Program-made: the position numbers and the translations under genes
Part shown: positions 38,359 to 50,341 of the stretch, piece by piece
Numbering within the stretch: position 1 is the stretch's first letter
Layout: each line of letters opens with the position of its first letter
Notes under the pieces: generated by a model
The model's input: the letters and a program-made list of their open reading frames with translations, nothing else
Databases searched by the model: none
Told to the model about the DNA's origin: nothing
Assembly (NCBI RefSeq): GCF_000143415.4
Contig: NW_003314378.1
Span: 260,110-324,109 of the forward strand
Reading direction: 5' to 3'
From: Selaginella moellendorffii
Taxonomy: Eukaryota > Plantae > Lycopodiophyta
Length of the DNA: 64,000 nucleotides

Positions 38359-39024
38359 TCAAGTCATGCCGATGAGCTCTCTCAACTTCTGGATGAGACC
38401 ACGGTCGTCAATCTGGAACGCTTTCGCGATCACGTCGTCGTTGATTGGAGGATTGGAATCAAACACCGCCTTGGCCACCTGAGTCGCCCCGGGGTTTTGG
38501 CTGTTGAAGCCAGCCATCGCAACCGCAGGCTCCTTTCCAACGTTAAGCTGAAAGTGGACGAGTCCCCGAGGGAAGACGAACAGATCTCCAGGATAGAGCA
38601 TTTGGGCGAAGAGCTTGTTGTCCGGCAAGGTGGTGACGAATCCGACTAAGAGGTTCCCGTGCACGAGGAAGAGCAGCTCGGATCCTCGGGGATGGACGTG
38701 GGGGGGATTGGTGCCGCCAGGAGCATAGTCGACGCGGGCAAAAGCTACACCAAAGGTGTTGAGACCGGGGAAATTGTTGACACTCGCCAGCGTGACGTTG
38801 GAGCCGAGCTTGTTGTCGGTGTTCCCGGGAGTTGCCAGCAGGCTCGACTTGAAGTCCTCGGCTTTCACATCGGCGGCCGCCTTGCAGACCACGCCGTTCA
38901 CTTTGATCTTGGAGCCATTGTCTGCAACGCAAAAGTCCTGCAGCATATCTTCATCCGCGGCATGCACAAACAAGATGGAGCTGATTGCTAGGAGGAAGGA
39001 TAGAACAAAACGAAGATGAGCCAT
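38359..39024 (-). CDS. Germin-like protein U4, intact
   Basis: Germin boxes A, B and C; signal peptide. Confidence 0.93.
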   Translation of the reverse strand: MAHLRFVLSFLLAISSILFVHAADEDMLQDFCVADNGSKIKVNGVVCKAAADVKAEDFKSSLLATPGNTDNKLGSNVTLASVNNFPGLNTFGVAFARVDYAPGGTNPPHVHPRGSELLFLVHGNLLVGFVTTLPDNKLFAQMLYPGDLFVFPRGLVHFQLNVGKEPAVAMAGFNSQNPGATQVAKAVFDSNPPINDDVIAKAFQIDDRGLIQKLRELIGMT

Positions 39025-40715
39025 CTTGCGAGCTTGGAAAAGACTGATGGAGCTATATGAGGGAGGGGCAGGCATTTTATAGCCGGAGGAGGGGAGGCGA
39101 GGTCCTTTGGATGACTTCGTCGTGAATCGTGCACGATTTTAGGTACACGGTCTTCTCTTCCCTTCTATTTCATTTTTTTACTCTTGCTGTCCGCGTAACA
39201 CAATCTGATTTGTTTGCTGCCAAGTCGTCTCGGAAGTTTTCTTTTACCGGGCTTGTCTAGAGCCGTCAAAATCATCTTTTCTGTGTGTAGATGATGACGA
39301 CCTTGGTTTTGATGGTAAGAACTGGTCTCAGTGAAACTCGAGTTTTACACGGTCTTGGTAAAAACTTGACACTAAATTGCTTGGCACCAGAGTTTTAACG
39401 GAATTATTATGGATTGTGTAGGTCCATTGCTGATACAAATAAACCATGGGTATACTGACCAAAGGTACGTCTATGTAGGTTATCAATTTTGCAGACAACT
39501 GTGTTGTTAGAAGGATGGTTGCTCACATAGTCATGAGACATACATAGTCTTAGTCATTGTGATTATTGCTTGCATCATTGTCATGGGCAAAATAGAATGT
39601 TTATTGCTGCCACTTTATTAATTAGTTTAATGCAATAAACTTATGATATTAAAAAGTTTTATAATTTGTCCCACCAGTGCAATCTAGGAAAGCATCCAGT
39701 TGGGGTGGTGGGAGTGAACTGAGAGATACTCCTATGCTGCTGTGTGAGCATGTCAATCAGTCAGCTGACCTCAGTATCAGTGGTCGTGGGCAGTGCATTC
39801 TAAAGCTCTTGGACTTGTTGGGCAAAGTCGGGCACCCATGCTGGCATGACTTGGTCGTGATTCTGGTTGTTGATAGGAGTGTTGTAAGTAGCATATGCAT
39901 CCTAGTCAGACATGAGGCGGTCAAGAACTCTTGGAATTCCCTGCCATTGCAAAGAAACAAAGAAAAAATATCAATGGCTAACTTTCATTCACCATTTTGT
40001 CAAGGAAAAATCTAAACAATACACCACATTATTAAAGAATAGTTTGGCTGACCAAGATGTAATCGTTTGTACTACTCCTGTTCCATCTATGGTGCCCAAT
40101 TGTGTAGTGCTGTTAATAATGTAGAGTTGAGAGGCATTATTAGTCATGTGGATGTCCTCTGCTGCTGCCTGGTTCGAGGAGCCCTTCCGCTGTTGTGAGT
40201 TGAGCCTGCAAAGTCCGTTGCAATATTAAAAACGTTTAACTGCCCAGTCAGCCTCACTGGTTTGATCGGTCAGTGTATAGTTTTATCTTAAGAGTAACAT
40301 TCCACGAACTAGAGAGTAGAATTTAGCTGCTCAACCAAAGTCCCACCCATATCCATAACCCATGCCTTGTCCACCAGTGGAATCAACTCTCTGCGAGGAA
40401 AGAAAATAAGATCCAAGCACTAATCACGCAAGTTTACCGCAGATCATGGCTCACAACGTCCTCTCCTTCTTTAAGTACACGAGGTAAGAATGTAGCTTGG
40501 AATTTTTGGTGAGGTGTTGCTGATCTCTCTATCTCTTGAAGCGCCCGAAGAGTCAACGCATGTTACTTTCGATGAATCGGCTGTTTCCCTCCCACAACCG
40601 GCCAAGACACACAGCTCGGCTTGCAAAAGTGACGAAGAGGTTTGCAAATTTTTTTCCCTTCTCTATATACTGAAGTCTCAAGCTTGCAGGGGTGCCAGAA
40701 TGCTGAAACGGATTC

Positions 40716-41616
40716 AAATCTCACATCCCGAGTCAATGCTATTGCCGACATATTGTCACAGTAGAGTTTGACTGCTGGAATTTGAATCCCGAGGTCCTGC
40801 AGCAATGTCTTAAGCCAGATGGCCTCTTTCGCTGCTGCTGCAGCTGTGATGTATTCAGATTTGCATGAGAACATCGTAGTGATCTATTGCCTCTTGGAAC
40901 ACTAACTAACCATGTGATGGTTATACATGAAGACATACCCTGAGGTGGATCTTTTGTCATCTGGATCTCCTGCCCAGTCTACATCTGTGAATCCCACCAG
41001 GCCGTTGTCTCCATCTCCTCTTGCATATTTTAGTGTGAATTTCCTTGTGCCACTCATATACCTCATGATCTGCTTCACAACGGCTCAATGTGAGGGTGAT
41101 GGATTGTCCAGGAACTTTGAGACTGCTCCCACATTGAATGCGAGGTCAAGCTTAGTTGAGACCATCAAGTAGATGAGGCTCCCGACCACTGAACGGTACA
41201 GTGTTGTGGTCTCCTCCTCGGGAGTGTCATCAGAGGTTGATGTCAAACTTCTCCAGAGGTATTCTATGCTTAACGCTAATCCGGTGGCTACTCCTATGGA
41301 AGTAGGCTCAAAGTTGTCCAAAGCTTTTATGTCATGGATGTATTTAGGAGAGCTCAAGTACTCCACATTGCTTATCAGTGCAAGTTTCCCAGATCCGTCA
41401 TCTCAAATCTAGCAGCGAGAGAGGCCTTGATGTGGTGGATGAGTTGTATCTAGTTATTGTATCGTCCACATATAAGGCTAAGAATAGAAATCCTTGGCCA
41501 TCTCGGTATATGTAGAGATTATTATCAGCCGTGCTACGAGTAAAGCCCAACGAGGTCAGAAAGTTGTTAATTTTAGTGTACCATGACCTGGGCCTTTGTT
41601 TCAGCCCGTAGAGAGC
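40716..41616 (-). mobile_element. 3' part of Copia-2 (RT C-terminal half and RNase H), truncated
   Basis: ALYGLKQRPRSWY, LYVDD, YRSVVGSLIYL, KEAIWL, YCDNMSAI. Ends abruptly against PP2C exon sequence at 40715. Confidence 0.88.
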
Positions 41617-41895
41617 GTCACCACATTGCCGGACAACAAGCTCTTCGCCCAAATGCTCTATCCCGGAGATCTGTTCGTCTTCCCTCGGGGACTCGTTCAC
41701 TTCCAGCTCAATGTTGGAAAGGAGCCTGCGGTTGCGATGGCTGGCTTCAACAGCCAAAACCCCGGGGCGACTCAGGTGGCCAAGGCGGTGTTTGATTCCA
41801 ATCCTCCAATCAATGACGACGTGATCGCGAAAGCGTTCCAGATTGACGACCGTGGTCTCATCCAGAAGCTGAGAGAGCTCATCGGCATGACTTGA
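41617..41895 (+). pseudogene. 3' half of U6 germin-like gene at the left inversion breakpoint
   Basis: Starts abruptly at VTTLPDN, fused to Copia RT. Confidence 0.9.
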
Positions 41896-42992
41896 AAGTT
41901 TCTCCAAAGGTTGCGAGGCTGACTTGACTAAGTTACATATACAAATAAATTATTTTTCCAAAGCTCTTACCTTTAGATAGTGGAGACTTTCGTAAGCACA
42001 GCTAGATAGAATAAAAAACAAACACATCGCTTTCCCGCCAATTTCCATTTTAAACACGCTCTTGGAGCGATTTGCCAGGACATATGTCGATCCAATGCCC
42101 AAAACATATCGTAATGCGATCGGCAAGATGCCACCAAAACCCTACAAACCAGAGCATCCGGCACAAACGAGCAATTCCTCGGCATTCTCCAGTTGCCTGC
42201 CACGGCCGAAGATATCGATCATGCAGACGAACTGATCCCTGCCTGGCGCGATCCTAAAATCCTCTGTCACGAGAAGAAAGAAATCCTTGTTGCGATTCAC
42301 GGAGCTGATGTAGGCACAGGCCGGAGTGTCACCTTTCTCATTGCGCCCTCGCCACAATGAGCAAACGCAGTGATCCCTTTATGCAGCATTGTAATGGGCT
42401 AAAGGTGACACTGTAGTGAAGTGAGGTCCATGATCTTACAATGTTCAAGGGAAAGACCAAAACTACACCTTGTCAACTCACCCAAGCCCTCTCTAAGGGG
42501 CTTTTGGCAAGATGACAAAGTATCTCCTTTAGCCTACTTTGAGAGGATTTCGGGATTTACCTGGACGTATTTGAGTGTACTGCATATAATAATCAAGTGG
42601 CTGGACATGAGAAGGTTCTGTATGGCTCTATCAGGAGAGGCACAGAGAATGTTTGTTTCATGCTGTGCACGAGATCAGATTGTTTGGTTGGATGAAGCAG
42701 TGGACTCGATTTCCAGGCTGTTGTGATGTTCAATTAAGATTGCATTATCGAGATTGGAATCACAAGAACATGGAAAGAACTGGACGTGTCTCCCAGCGTG
42801 GTGCGTGTTTCGTCCGGGAATTAATCTTGTGATGTTTGCTCGAGGCGATGTAGCCTTGATTGTCACAGTAGATTGGTGTTGGGCCGGGTGTCGTTGAGGA
42901 GGCGGCGAAGCCAGATGGCCTCTTTGCATGCGGAACTAGCCTCCGCCTCACAGCTGGAGCAGGCAACGACGCTCTTCTTCTTGCTGCTAACT

Positions 42993-43100
42993 NNNNNNNN
43001 NNNNNNNNNNNNNNNNNNNNNNNNNNNNNNNNNNNNNNNNNNNNNNNNNNNNNNNNNNNNNNNNNNNNNNNNNNNNNNNNNNNNNNNNNNNNNNNNNNNN
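42993..43100. other. Assembly gap/masked run of 108 N
   Basis: N run; the homologous U5 interval 51423-51530 is also 108 bp. Confidence 0.98.
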
Positions 43101-43819
43101 TCAATGTTGAGGTCCAGGATTGTCAAGGGTTCTTGCACAAAGTGGAATTCGAATGGATTAGCGCACCTTCCATGGCGTCCATATCCCCTCTATAACTAGA
43201 AAAAAAACACACTCCAACAAGCGAACGAAGCATTTTCCTAGGCTATGGCATCTCACCAGACGGGCATTTCAATGGGACTGCATCACGTCAAGTGGGAGAA
43301 AATCTGCCTTTGCCAGTGCTGCCCATTTCCCTCTGCAGCCTGCTCTAGCACCACCGGCTCTTGTCCCTCCTGCCCTGCCCGGCCCTCAAGCCATGCCCAA
43401 TCCGAACGACCTGCGAATCTTCGAGACTCACTGCAGCCGCTCCTCTTTGCAGATCTTCTCGCCAGAACAAGGGCAAGCCACCACCACGGCTGATTGCTCG
43501 CAGCTGTACACGACATCCCTGAAAGTTTTGTGGAGACTTTACTTGCTGGAGTGGAACTTCTGGGAATTCCAAGCGGCTCTCAAGTCTCTTGAAGTTGACA
43601 GGGAAAAATGGAAAGTTGCCTTTATCATTCCCCACACCTTGGTGAGACGTCCCCTCCTGGACGCATGCTGGGTGTGTGACTGTAATGGGAGGGAGCGGAG
43701 GTGCGAAAGAATGGGAAAAGAAGTGGAGGTGAAGGATTTGGAGGAGAATTCGCCGCCAGATGGAAAGAGCCTGACGTGTCTCCTTGCGTGACGTGTCAGC
43801 CACGTGGCTGTCCGCCTCT

Positions 43820-44065
43820 TCAATCATGATCGTGGTTGTCCTCGGAAGGGCCGGAGGGTGGCGTGGGCTGACCCTGGATGAGCATTCTCCGGGAGGTCCT
43901 TTCGAGAAGAGTGTGGATCTTGTTAGCAACAGGAAGGCGCAATTCGAAATTGAAAAGCTCGGCCTGTTGGCTCATCACCAAAAATGAGCCTGGCCTGGAA
44001 CAATCGATATTGCCGCTGATCATGATCACCAATGTGATGGCAAGAAGTATCCTTCCACGATCCAT
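43820..44065 (-). CDS. Secreted-peptide precursor U6 (same translation as U4)
   Basis: Intact ORF. Confidence 0.66.
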   Translation of the reverse strand: MDRGRILLAITLVIMISGNIDCSRPGSFLVMSQQAELFNFELRLPVANKIHTLLERTSRRMLIQGQPTPPSGPSEDNHDHD

Positions 44066-44541
44066 TCCAGCCACAAAAGCACTAAACGTAGTGATGATAT
44101 CGTTGTATAAGAACCAAGAGCTGTGCTTGCTCTGCTACGATTGGATCCAATGGGCCTCCAGTGTTTTATATTCATTCACATAGAAAGTTCTCCACCGGGC
44201 TTGGTAAACAGTCAAGTCCTTTGCACGTGCCATCTGTCAAAACAAGACTCGTTAGCTTCCAAGCCAGAACACTCTACGAGCAGTTTTTCAAAGTCCTGCA
44301 CAAAAGACAGCTCGCCATTTGAAGTCTATAAGCTCTTGGTACCAAATTACCTGGATTTCCAGGCAGCCTTGGTGCAACTTTGCATGGGCCAAGAGCATGA
44401 CCTGACCACGCAAGTCTACAAATGACGCTAGATTTGCGTGATGCAGCCAAGGAGCAACTTAGAAATCTATCACGAGAAAGAAAATAAAATTTTAAAAGCT
44501 TTAAGAACTTTCTAAGACAACACCCTTTCTAAGAATGTACT

Positions 44542-45976
44542 TTAGACTAGTCTGAAACCCATGCCGCATTCGCACTTTTCAATGTTGTCCAGCGCGAATT
44601 GAGCCGGATAAACGTGGTAGCACGGCTCCATCGTCTCCCTCACCGAGCAGACCACGCTCTTGTTCTGGTCGCACACGAACTGCACGGGCCGCACGCCCTC
44701 CAGCCCCGCCGCCGAGTAGCCAAACGTGGATGGCGGGCTCGTCACCAGGACATCGCTCATCGACAGCAAGTAGATCTCCATCACCGCCTGTGCGTCGTGA
44801 TCCAAGTTCCCTGTGTTTTGCACGCCCTCCACGCTCGGCTGGTGGATGGACACCGAGGAGCCGTCCGCTAGATCGTATCCCAGCACCTTGCTCTTGAGCG
44901 TCTCCGAGTACTGCAAGTTGAGCGACACCACCAGCACCGCCACCTTCTTGCTGTTCTTCCTCACCGACGATCTGGGAGCTCGCTCCTGGGTGGTGTTTGC
45001 GAGCGCGCCTTGTTGCACCAGGCAGTCGAACGTATCCTCGGCGAGGTTGGGTGGCGAGAACCAGATGTGGCTTCGCAGCTGGACCCCGACTAGAAGCTCG
45101 GCCTGGGCCAGGTACGCGTCGTAGTACCTGGCCGCCTTGTCCCGAAGTCACTGGGAAGCAACAGGTACCTCACCAGGAGATGGAAGATGGCCTCCTGCTG
45201 TGGGAACCATTCCTCGAGCTTGCTCCTGAAAGCCGGGACGTTGTAGAGTGCCGGAGTGAAGTACTGGCCGGAGGAGAGGACGATCCACCGCGCGCTGGAG
45301 TTAAGAGCTTGCTGTTGATCTTGGCAGAAGAAGGCCTTGTCCTGGTCCCTGTAGTTGTAATCGAGATAGGCCACCAAGCTCACGTCGACGCCGCGGCTGC
45401 AGTTGGGCGATCCCACCAGGCTTCCAATCCACTTGGAGGCGTCCCACGGCGCCAACTCGAGGTGCTTCCAGCTCGACGGCAGCAGCCAGGAGCTGGGTGG
45501 AAACGGCTCGCAGAAGAGCGTGTCCAGGTTCTCCAACCTCGCGATCAGCATCGTCCTGTCGGTGAGCAGCGGGTAGAGAAACGCTGCTACTATAGCCACC
45601 ATCTTGTTGCCGATCCCCTGGCTGGCGGGAACGTAGACGAGGTAGCCGCATGTACTACAGTTCGCGCACTGCTCGGGCCCCGGAGCGCACCTCCCGCGCA
45701 AAGCCTCCACTCTAGGATTTTCCTTTGGAGCGACTCGGATGGCTCGAAGCTCGTCGATCTTCGGCGGCTGTAGAAGTCGTACTCGTTCCTGCTCCTGCAA
45801 GTGTCGCTGCCGTTGTAGCTTGTGGTGTTGTTGCTGATCCGGAAGTTTGATCCCAGAGTTCGGCTCCGGGACATCATCGCAGAGTCGGAATTTATGTCGA
45901 GAACCCATATGAGTAGCAGTGCTGCAGCGGAGAAGAGGAGCACGAAGAACAGCAAGCTCGGGCTGTAACTTTTCAT
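44542..45976 (-). pseudogene. GT37 fucosyltransferase copy U6 (same lesions as U4)
   Basis: ORF set identical to 34501-35935. Confidence 0.88.
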
Positions 45977-47010
45977 CCTCCGATCCTGGAAAGTTGCCTC
46001 CCGAACTCCACCTCAATGCAAAAAATTCCTCTTAGTTGGTGATGGTGATTACTAACCTGAAGATCAGAAAGAATTAAGATTTGAGCAACTAAGAAACAAT
46101 TCCGTGGCTTACCATGTGGACGGGACACGCGACCAAATACTCAAGACGAAGAAGGAACTCACAGCTCCAGCCAATTGACTTCGTCGCTCACCATCTTTCT
46201 GGTGGAGTCTCACGGTACTGGGATGAGAGCGGTATCCAAGGATCTTCCACACGAGCTCGCCTGGAGCTGTCCTTCAAGCTGTTCTCCGTGAGCTCTTTGT
46301 TGCTATCCGACCGTAGCAGGGTTTCCACCACTTAGTCCTTCAGAACCAGCCCCTCCAACCGGTTCTCCGAGAGATCCGAGCAAACTCAAAGAGTCTGCCC
46401 AAGCTGAGAGACAAGATACAGCCCACACGTGCTCCTCCGAAACGTTGTTCGAGCACTTCCAAGCCCGCACACCCATTTGGATGGCTGAGAGATGTAGAGC
46501 CGAGAATGACATTCCGGAGTTTGCTGCTGGACGGGGGAATGAGACTGTTGAAGAGCTCCTGGAGAGCCACGCAGTCGCGAAAGATCCCATCGCGCCAAAG
46601 GCCTAGCAGCTCCATGTACCCCCGAGAAGGACGAGCCAGAGATCATGTTGCCGGCTCGTGATCGTCCAGCTGAACTGATTCCTTGACATGTCTAACACCC
46701 TGAGAAGTTCCCTCTAAACAGAAGAGATACCTGTCCTGTCCGGAGTTCAATCTCCAGTGAGGCTAGAACTTCCAGGCTGTGAACCTTCTGATGGAACAAA
46801 ACCTTGATTTCTTAAAGGAAGATTCAGCAGCAGTTACCTGCGATTTAAACCAGTTTCTAATGAGCAAAGACACGAAGATGAGCCGTTTGAATAAAATCAA
46901 AAGGGAGTCATACCTCAATTAGCGTAAGAACCGGAAATACTGCGGCCTGAGCAATTTACACTGGCCTCCGCAAAAACTGCTTGAAAAGTTTACCCTTCGC
47001 GACTCAAATA

Positions 47011-48254
47011 TCACGTCACAAACGCCACAACAGCTTTCCACCGCTCCAATTCATTCTCGCCTTTGCAGCCCCCCTAGCAAACGGGCTGTCCAAACGCTCG
47101 GCCTACGCCCCAGCTACATGCCTGTAAAGTGAAGAGAATATTAGCAATCTTGAGATTCTTCAACAGCGAGAGTTCACCTTCAAGTTGACTTGGTCAGATT
47201 TTTTAAGAACTTCGACTATGTCGTTGTTGAAGAGATTGTCAAAAAGGCCATCAGTTCCCAAAACAATGATGTCCCCCTTAGACAGGGATCTTGAATTCCT
47301 GTAGACGGAAAATTAGCGAACTTAAGGGAAAAGCAAGAGTACCTCTGCAACCGTCGGATGGTCACTAAATGTTCCAACTTGAAACGGAAAGTTAAAACTA
47401 TGCTGCATGGGCTCCGAGCTTGCAACTACTTGCCAATTGCGAACTATGATGAACCCAAGTCTCCCAAGTTTGCTGCGTACATGTCTGAAATATATGACCC
47501 GACTCAGCCTCAAACATCAACTCCGACTAGCTTACTTGCTCAAACAATGCAGCCACAAGGACCGTTGCTGATCCCTGGGCCTTTGTACTGCCGGCGGCTT
47601 TGACAAGCACGTCCTTGGGGTCCGGTTTCCCTTTGCTGTTTACAACCAATGCCTTACAATGTCCCATAAGCTCCCGAGAATACATCCCCGAATCAATGCC
47701 TGAAAAGCAGTAAAAACTCTTTTGAAGAAACAGACTCAAAGAAAGATTTTTCTTACCTTCTCCGGCCCAGCCCCCAACACCATCAGCAACACCCATCCAG
47801 GAGCCTTCAGTGACGAAGGCATCTTCACCCCCTCTTTGAGCCTGTAAACAGCAAAGCTTAGAAGATCTACAAAAATTAGCAAGTAAGCTTTGCACCTTCT
47901 CAGGATGGGGACGCGTCGCAGCAGCATAGTCCAGTCGAAGCAACCTTAAAAGCAAGAACACCATGAATTTCACCAATAGCCACGCGAAACGTAAACAAGC
48001 TCACCGGCTGCTAGAATCCGTTTCAGCATTCTGGCACCCTTGCAAGCTTGAGACTTCAGTATATAGAGAAGGAAAGAAAAATTTGCAAACCTCTTCGCCA
48101 TTTTTGCAAGCCGAGTTGTGTGTCTTGGCCGGTTGTGGGAGGGAAACAGCCGATTCATCGAAAGTAACATGTGTTGTCTCTTCGGGCGCTTCAAGAGATA
48201 GAGAGATCAGCAACACCTCACCAAAAATTCCAGGCTACATTCTTACCTCGCGTG
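47011..48254 (-). pseudogene. PP2C copy U6
   Basis: No exon 1, frameshifts. Confidence 0.85.
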
Positions 48255-49618
48255 CTTAAAGAAGGAGAGGACGTTGCTCGTTGTGAGCCATGATCTGCGG
48301 TAAACTTGCGTGATTAGTGCTTGGATCTTATTTTCTTTCCTCGCAGAGAGTTGATTCCACTGGTGGACAAGGCATGGGTTATGGATATGGGTGGGACTTT
48401 GGTTGAGCAGCTAAATTCTACTCTCTAGTTCGTGGAATGTTACTCTTAAGATAAAACTATACACTGACCGATCAAACCAGTGAGGCTGGCTGGGCAATTA
48501 AACGTTTTTAACATTGCAACGGACTTCGCAGGCTCAACTAACAACAGCGGAAGGGCTCCTGGAACCAGGCAGCAGCGGAGGACATCCACATGACTAATGG
48601 CGCCTCCCAACTCTACATTGTTAACAGCACTACACAATTGGGCACCATAGATGGAACAGGAGTAGTATAAATGATTACATTTTGGTCAGCCAAACTATTC
48701 TTTAATCATGTGGTGTACTGTTTAGATTTTTCCTTGACAAAATGGTATGGCGGGGAATTCCAAGAGTTCTTGACCGCCTCATGTCTGACTAGGATGCATA
48801 TGCTGCTTACAACACTCCTATCAACAACCAGAACTCACTGTGGTCACGACTAAGTCATGCCAGCATGGGTGCCCGACTTTGCCCAACAAGTCCAAGAGCT
48901 TTAGAATGCACTGCCCACGACCACTGATACTGAGGTCAGCTGACTGATTGACATGCTCACACAGCAGCACAGGAGTATTTTCTCAGTTCACTCCCACCAC
49001 CCCAACTGGATGCTTTCCTAGATTTCACTGGTGGGACAAATTATAAAACTTTTTAAAATCATAAGTTTATTGTATTAAACTGATTAATAAAGTGGCAGCA
49101 ATAAACATTCTATTCTGCCCATGACAATGATGCAAGCAATAATCACAATGACTATGACTATGTATGTCTCATGAACTATCCTTCTACACAGTTGTCTGCA
49201 AAATTGATAACCTACATAGATGTACCTTTGGTCGATATACCCATAGTTTATTTGTATCAGCAATGGACCTACACAATCCATAATAATTCCGTTAAAACTC
49301 CACACATAAAAAGTCTCTACAAAGCAATTTAGTGTCAAGTTTTTAAGACCGTGTAAAACTCGAGTTTCACTGAGACCGGTTCTTACCATCAAAACCAAGA
49401 TCGTCATCATCTACACACATAAAAGATGATTTTGACGGCTCTAGACAAGCCCGGTAAAAGAAAACTTCCGAGACGACTTGGCAGCAAACAAATCAGATTG
49501 TGTTACGCGGACAGCAAGAGTAAAAAATGAAATAGAAGGGAACAGAAGACCGTGTACCTAAAATCGTGCACGATTCACGACGAAGTCATCCAAAGGACCT
49601 CGCCTCCCCTCCTCCGGC

Positions 49619-49625
49619 TATAAAA
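49619..49625 (+). promoter_or_regulatory. TATA box of GLP (TATAAAA), conserved in intact GLP copies
   Basis: ccggcTATAAAAtgcc, ~50 bp upstream of ATG 49676. Confidence 0.6.
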
Positions 49626-49675
49626 TGCCTGCCCCTCCCTCATATAGCTCCATCAGTCTTTTCCAAGCTCACAAG

Positions 49676-50341
49676 ATGGCTCATCTTCGTTTTGTTCTAT
49701 CCTTCCTCCTAGCAATCAGCTCCATCTTGTTTGTGCATGCCGCGGATGAAGATATGCTGCAGGACTTTTGCGTTGCAGACAATGGCTCCAAGATCAAAGT
49801 GAACGGCGTCGTCTGCAAGGCGGCCGCCGATGTGAAAGCCGAGGACTTCAAGTCGAGCCTGCTGGCGACTCCCGGGAACACCGACAACAAGCTCGGCTCC
49901 AACGTCACGCTGGCGAGTGTCAACAATTTCCCCGGTCTCAACACCTTTGGTGTAGCTTTTGCCCGCGTCGACTATGCTCCCGGCGGCACCAATCCCCCCC
50001 ACGTCCATCCCCGAGGATCCGAGCTGCTCTTCCTCGTGCACGGGAACCTCTTAGTCGGATTCGTCACCACCTTGCCGGACAACAAGCTCTTCGCCCAAAT
50101 GCTCTATCCTGGAGATCTGTTCGTCTTCCCTCGGGGACTCGTCCACTTCCAGCTTAACGTTGGAAAGGAGCCTGCGGTTGCGATGGCTGGCTTCAACAGC
50201 CAAAACCCCGGGGCAACTCAGGTGGCCAAGGCGGTGTTTGATTCCAATCCTCCAATCAACGACGACGTGATCGCGAAAGCATTCCAGATTGACGACCGTG
50301 GTCTCATCCAGAAGTTGAGAGAGCTCATCGGCATGACTTGA
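49676..50341 (+). CDS. Germin-like protein U5, intact
   Basis: Germin boxes A, B and C; signal peptide. Confidence 0.93.
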   Translation: MAHLRFVLSFLLAISSILFVHAADEDMLQDFCVADNGSKIKVNGVVCKAAADVKAEDFKSSLLATPGNTDNKLGSNVTLASVNNFPGLNTFGVAFARVDYAPGGTNPPHVHPRGSELLFLVHGNLLVGFVTTLPDNKLFAQMLYPGDLFVFPRGLVHFQLNVGKEPAVAMAGFNSQNPGATQVAKAVFDSNPPINDDVIAKAFQIDDRGLIQKLRELIGMT

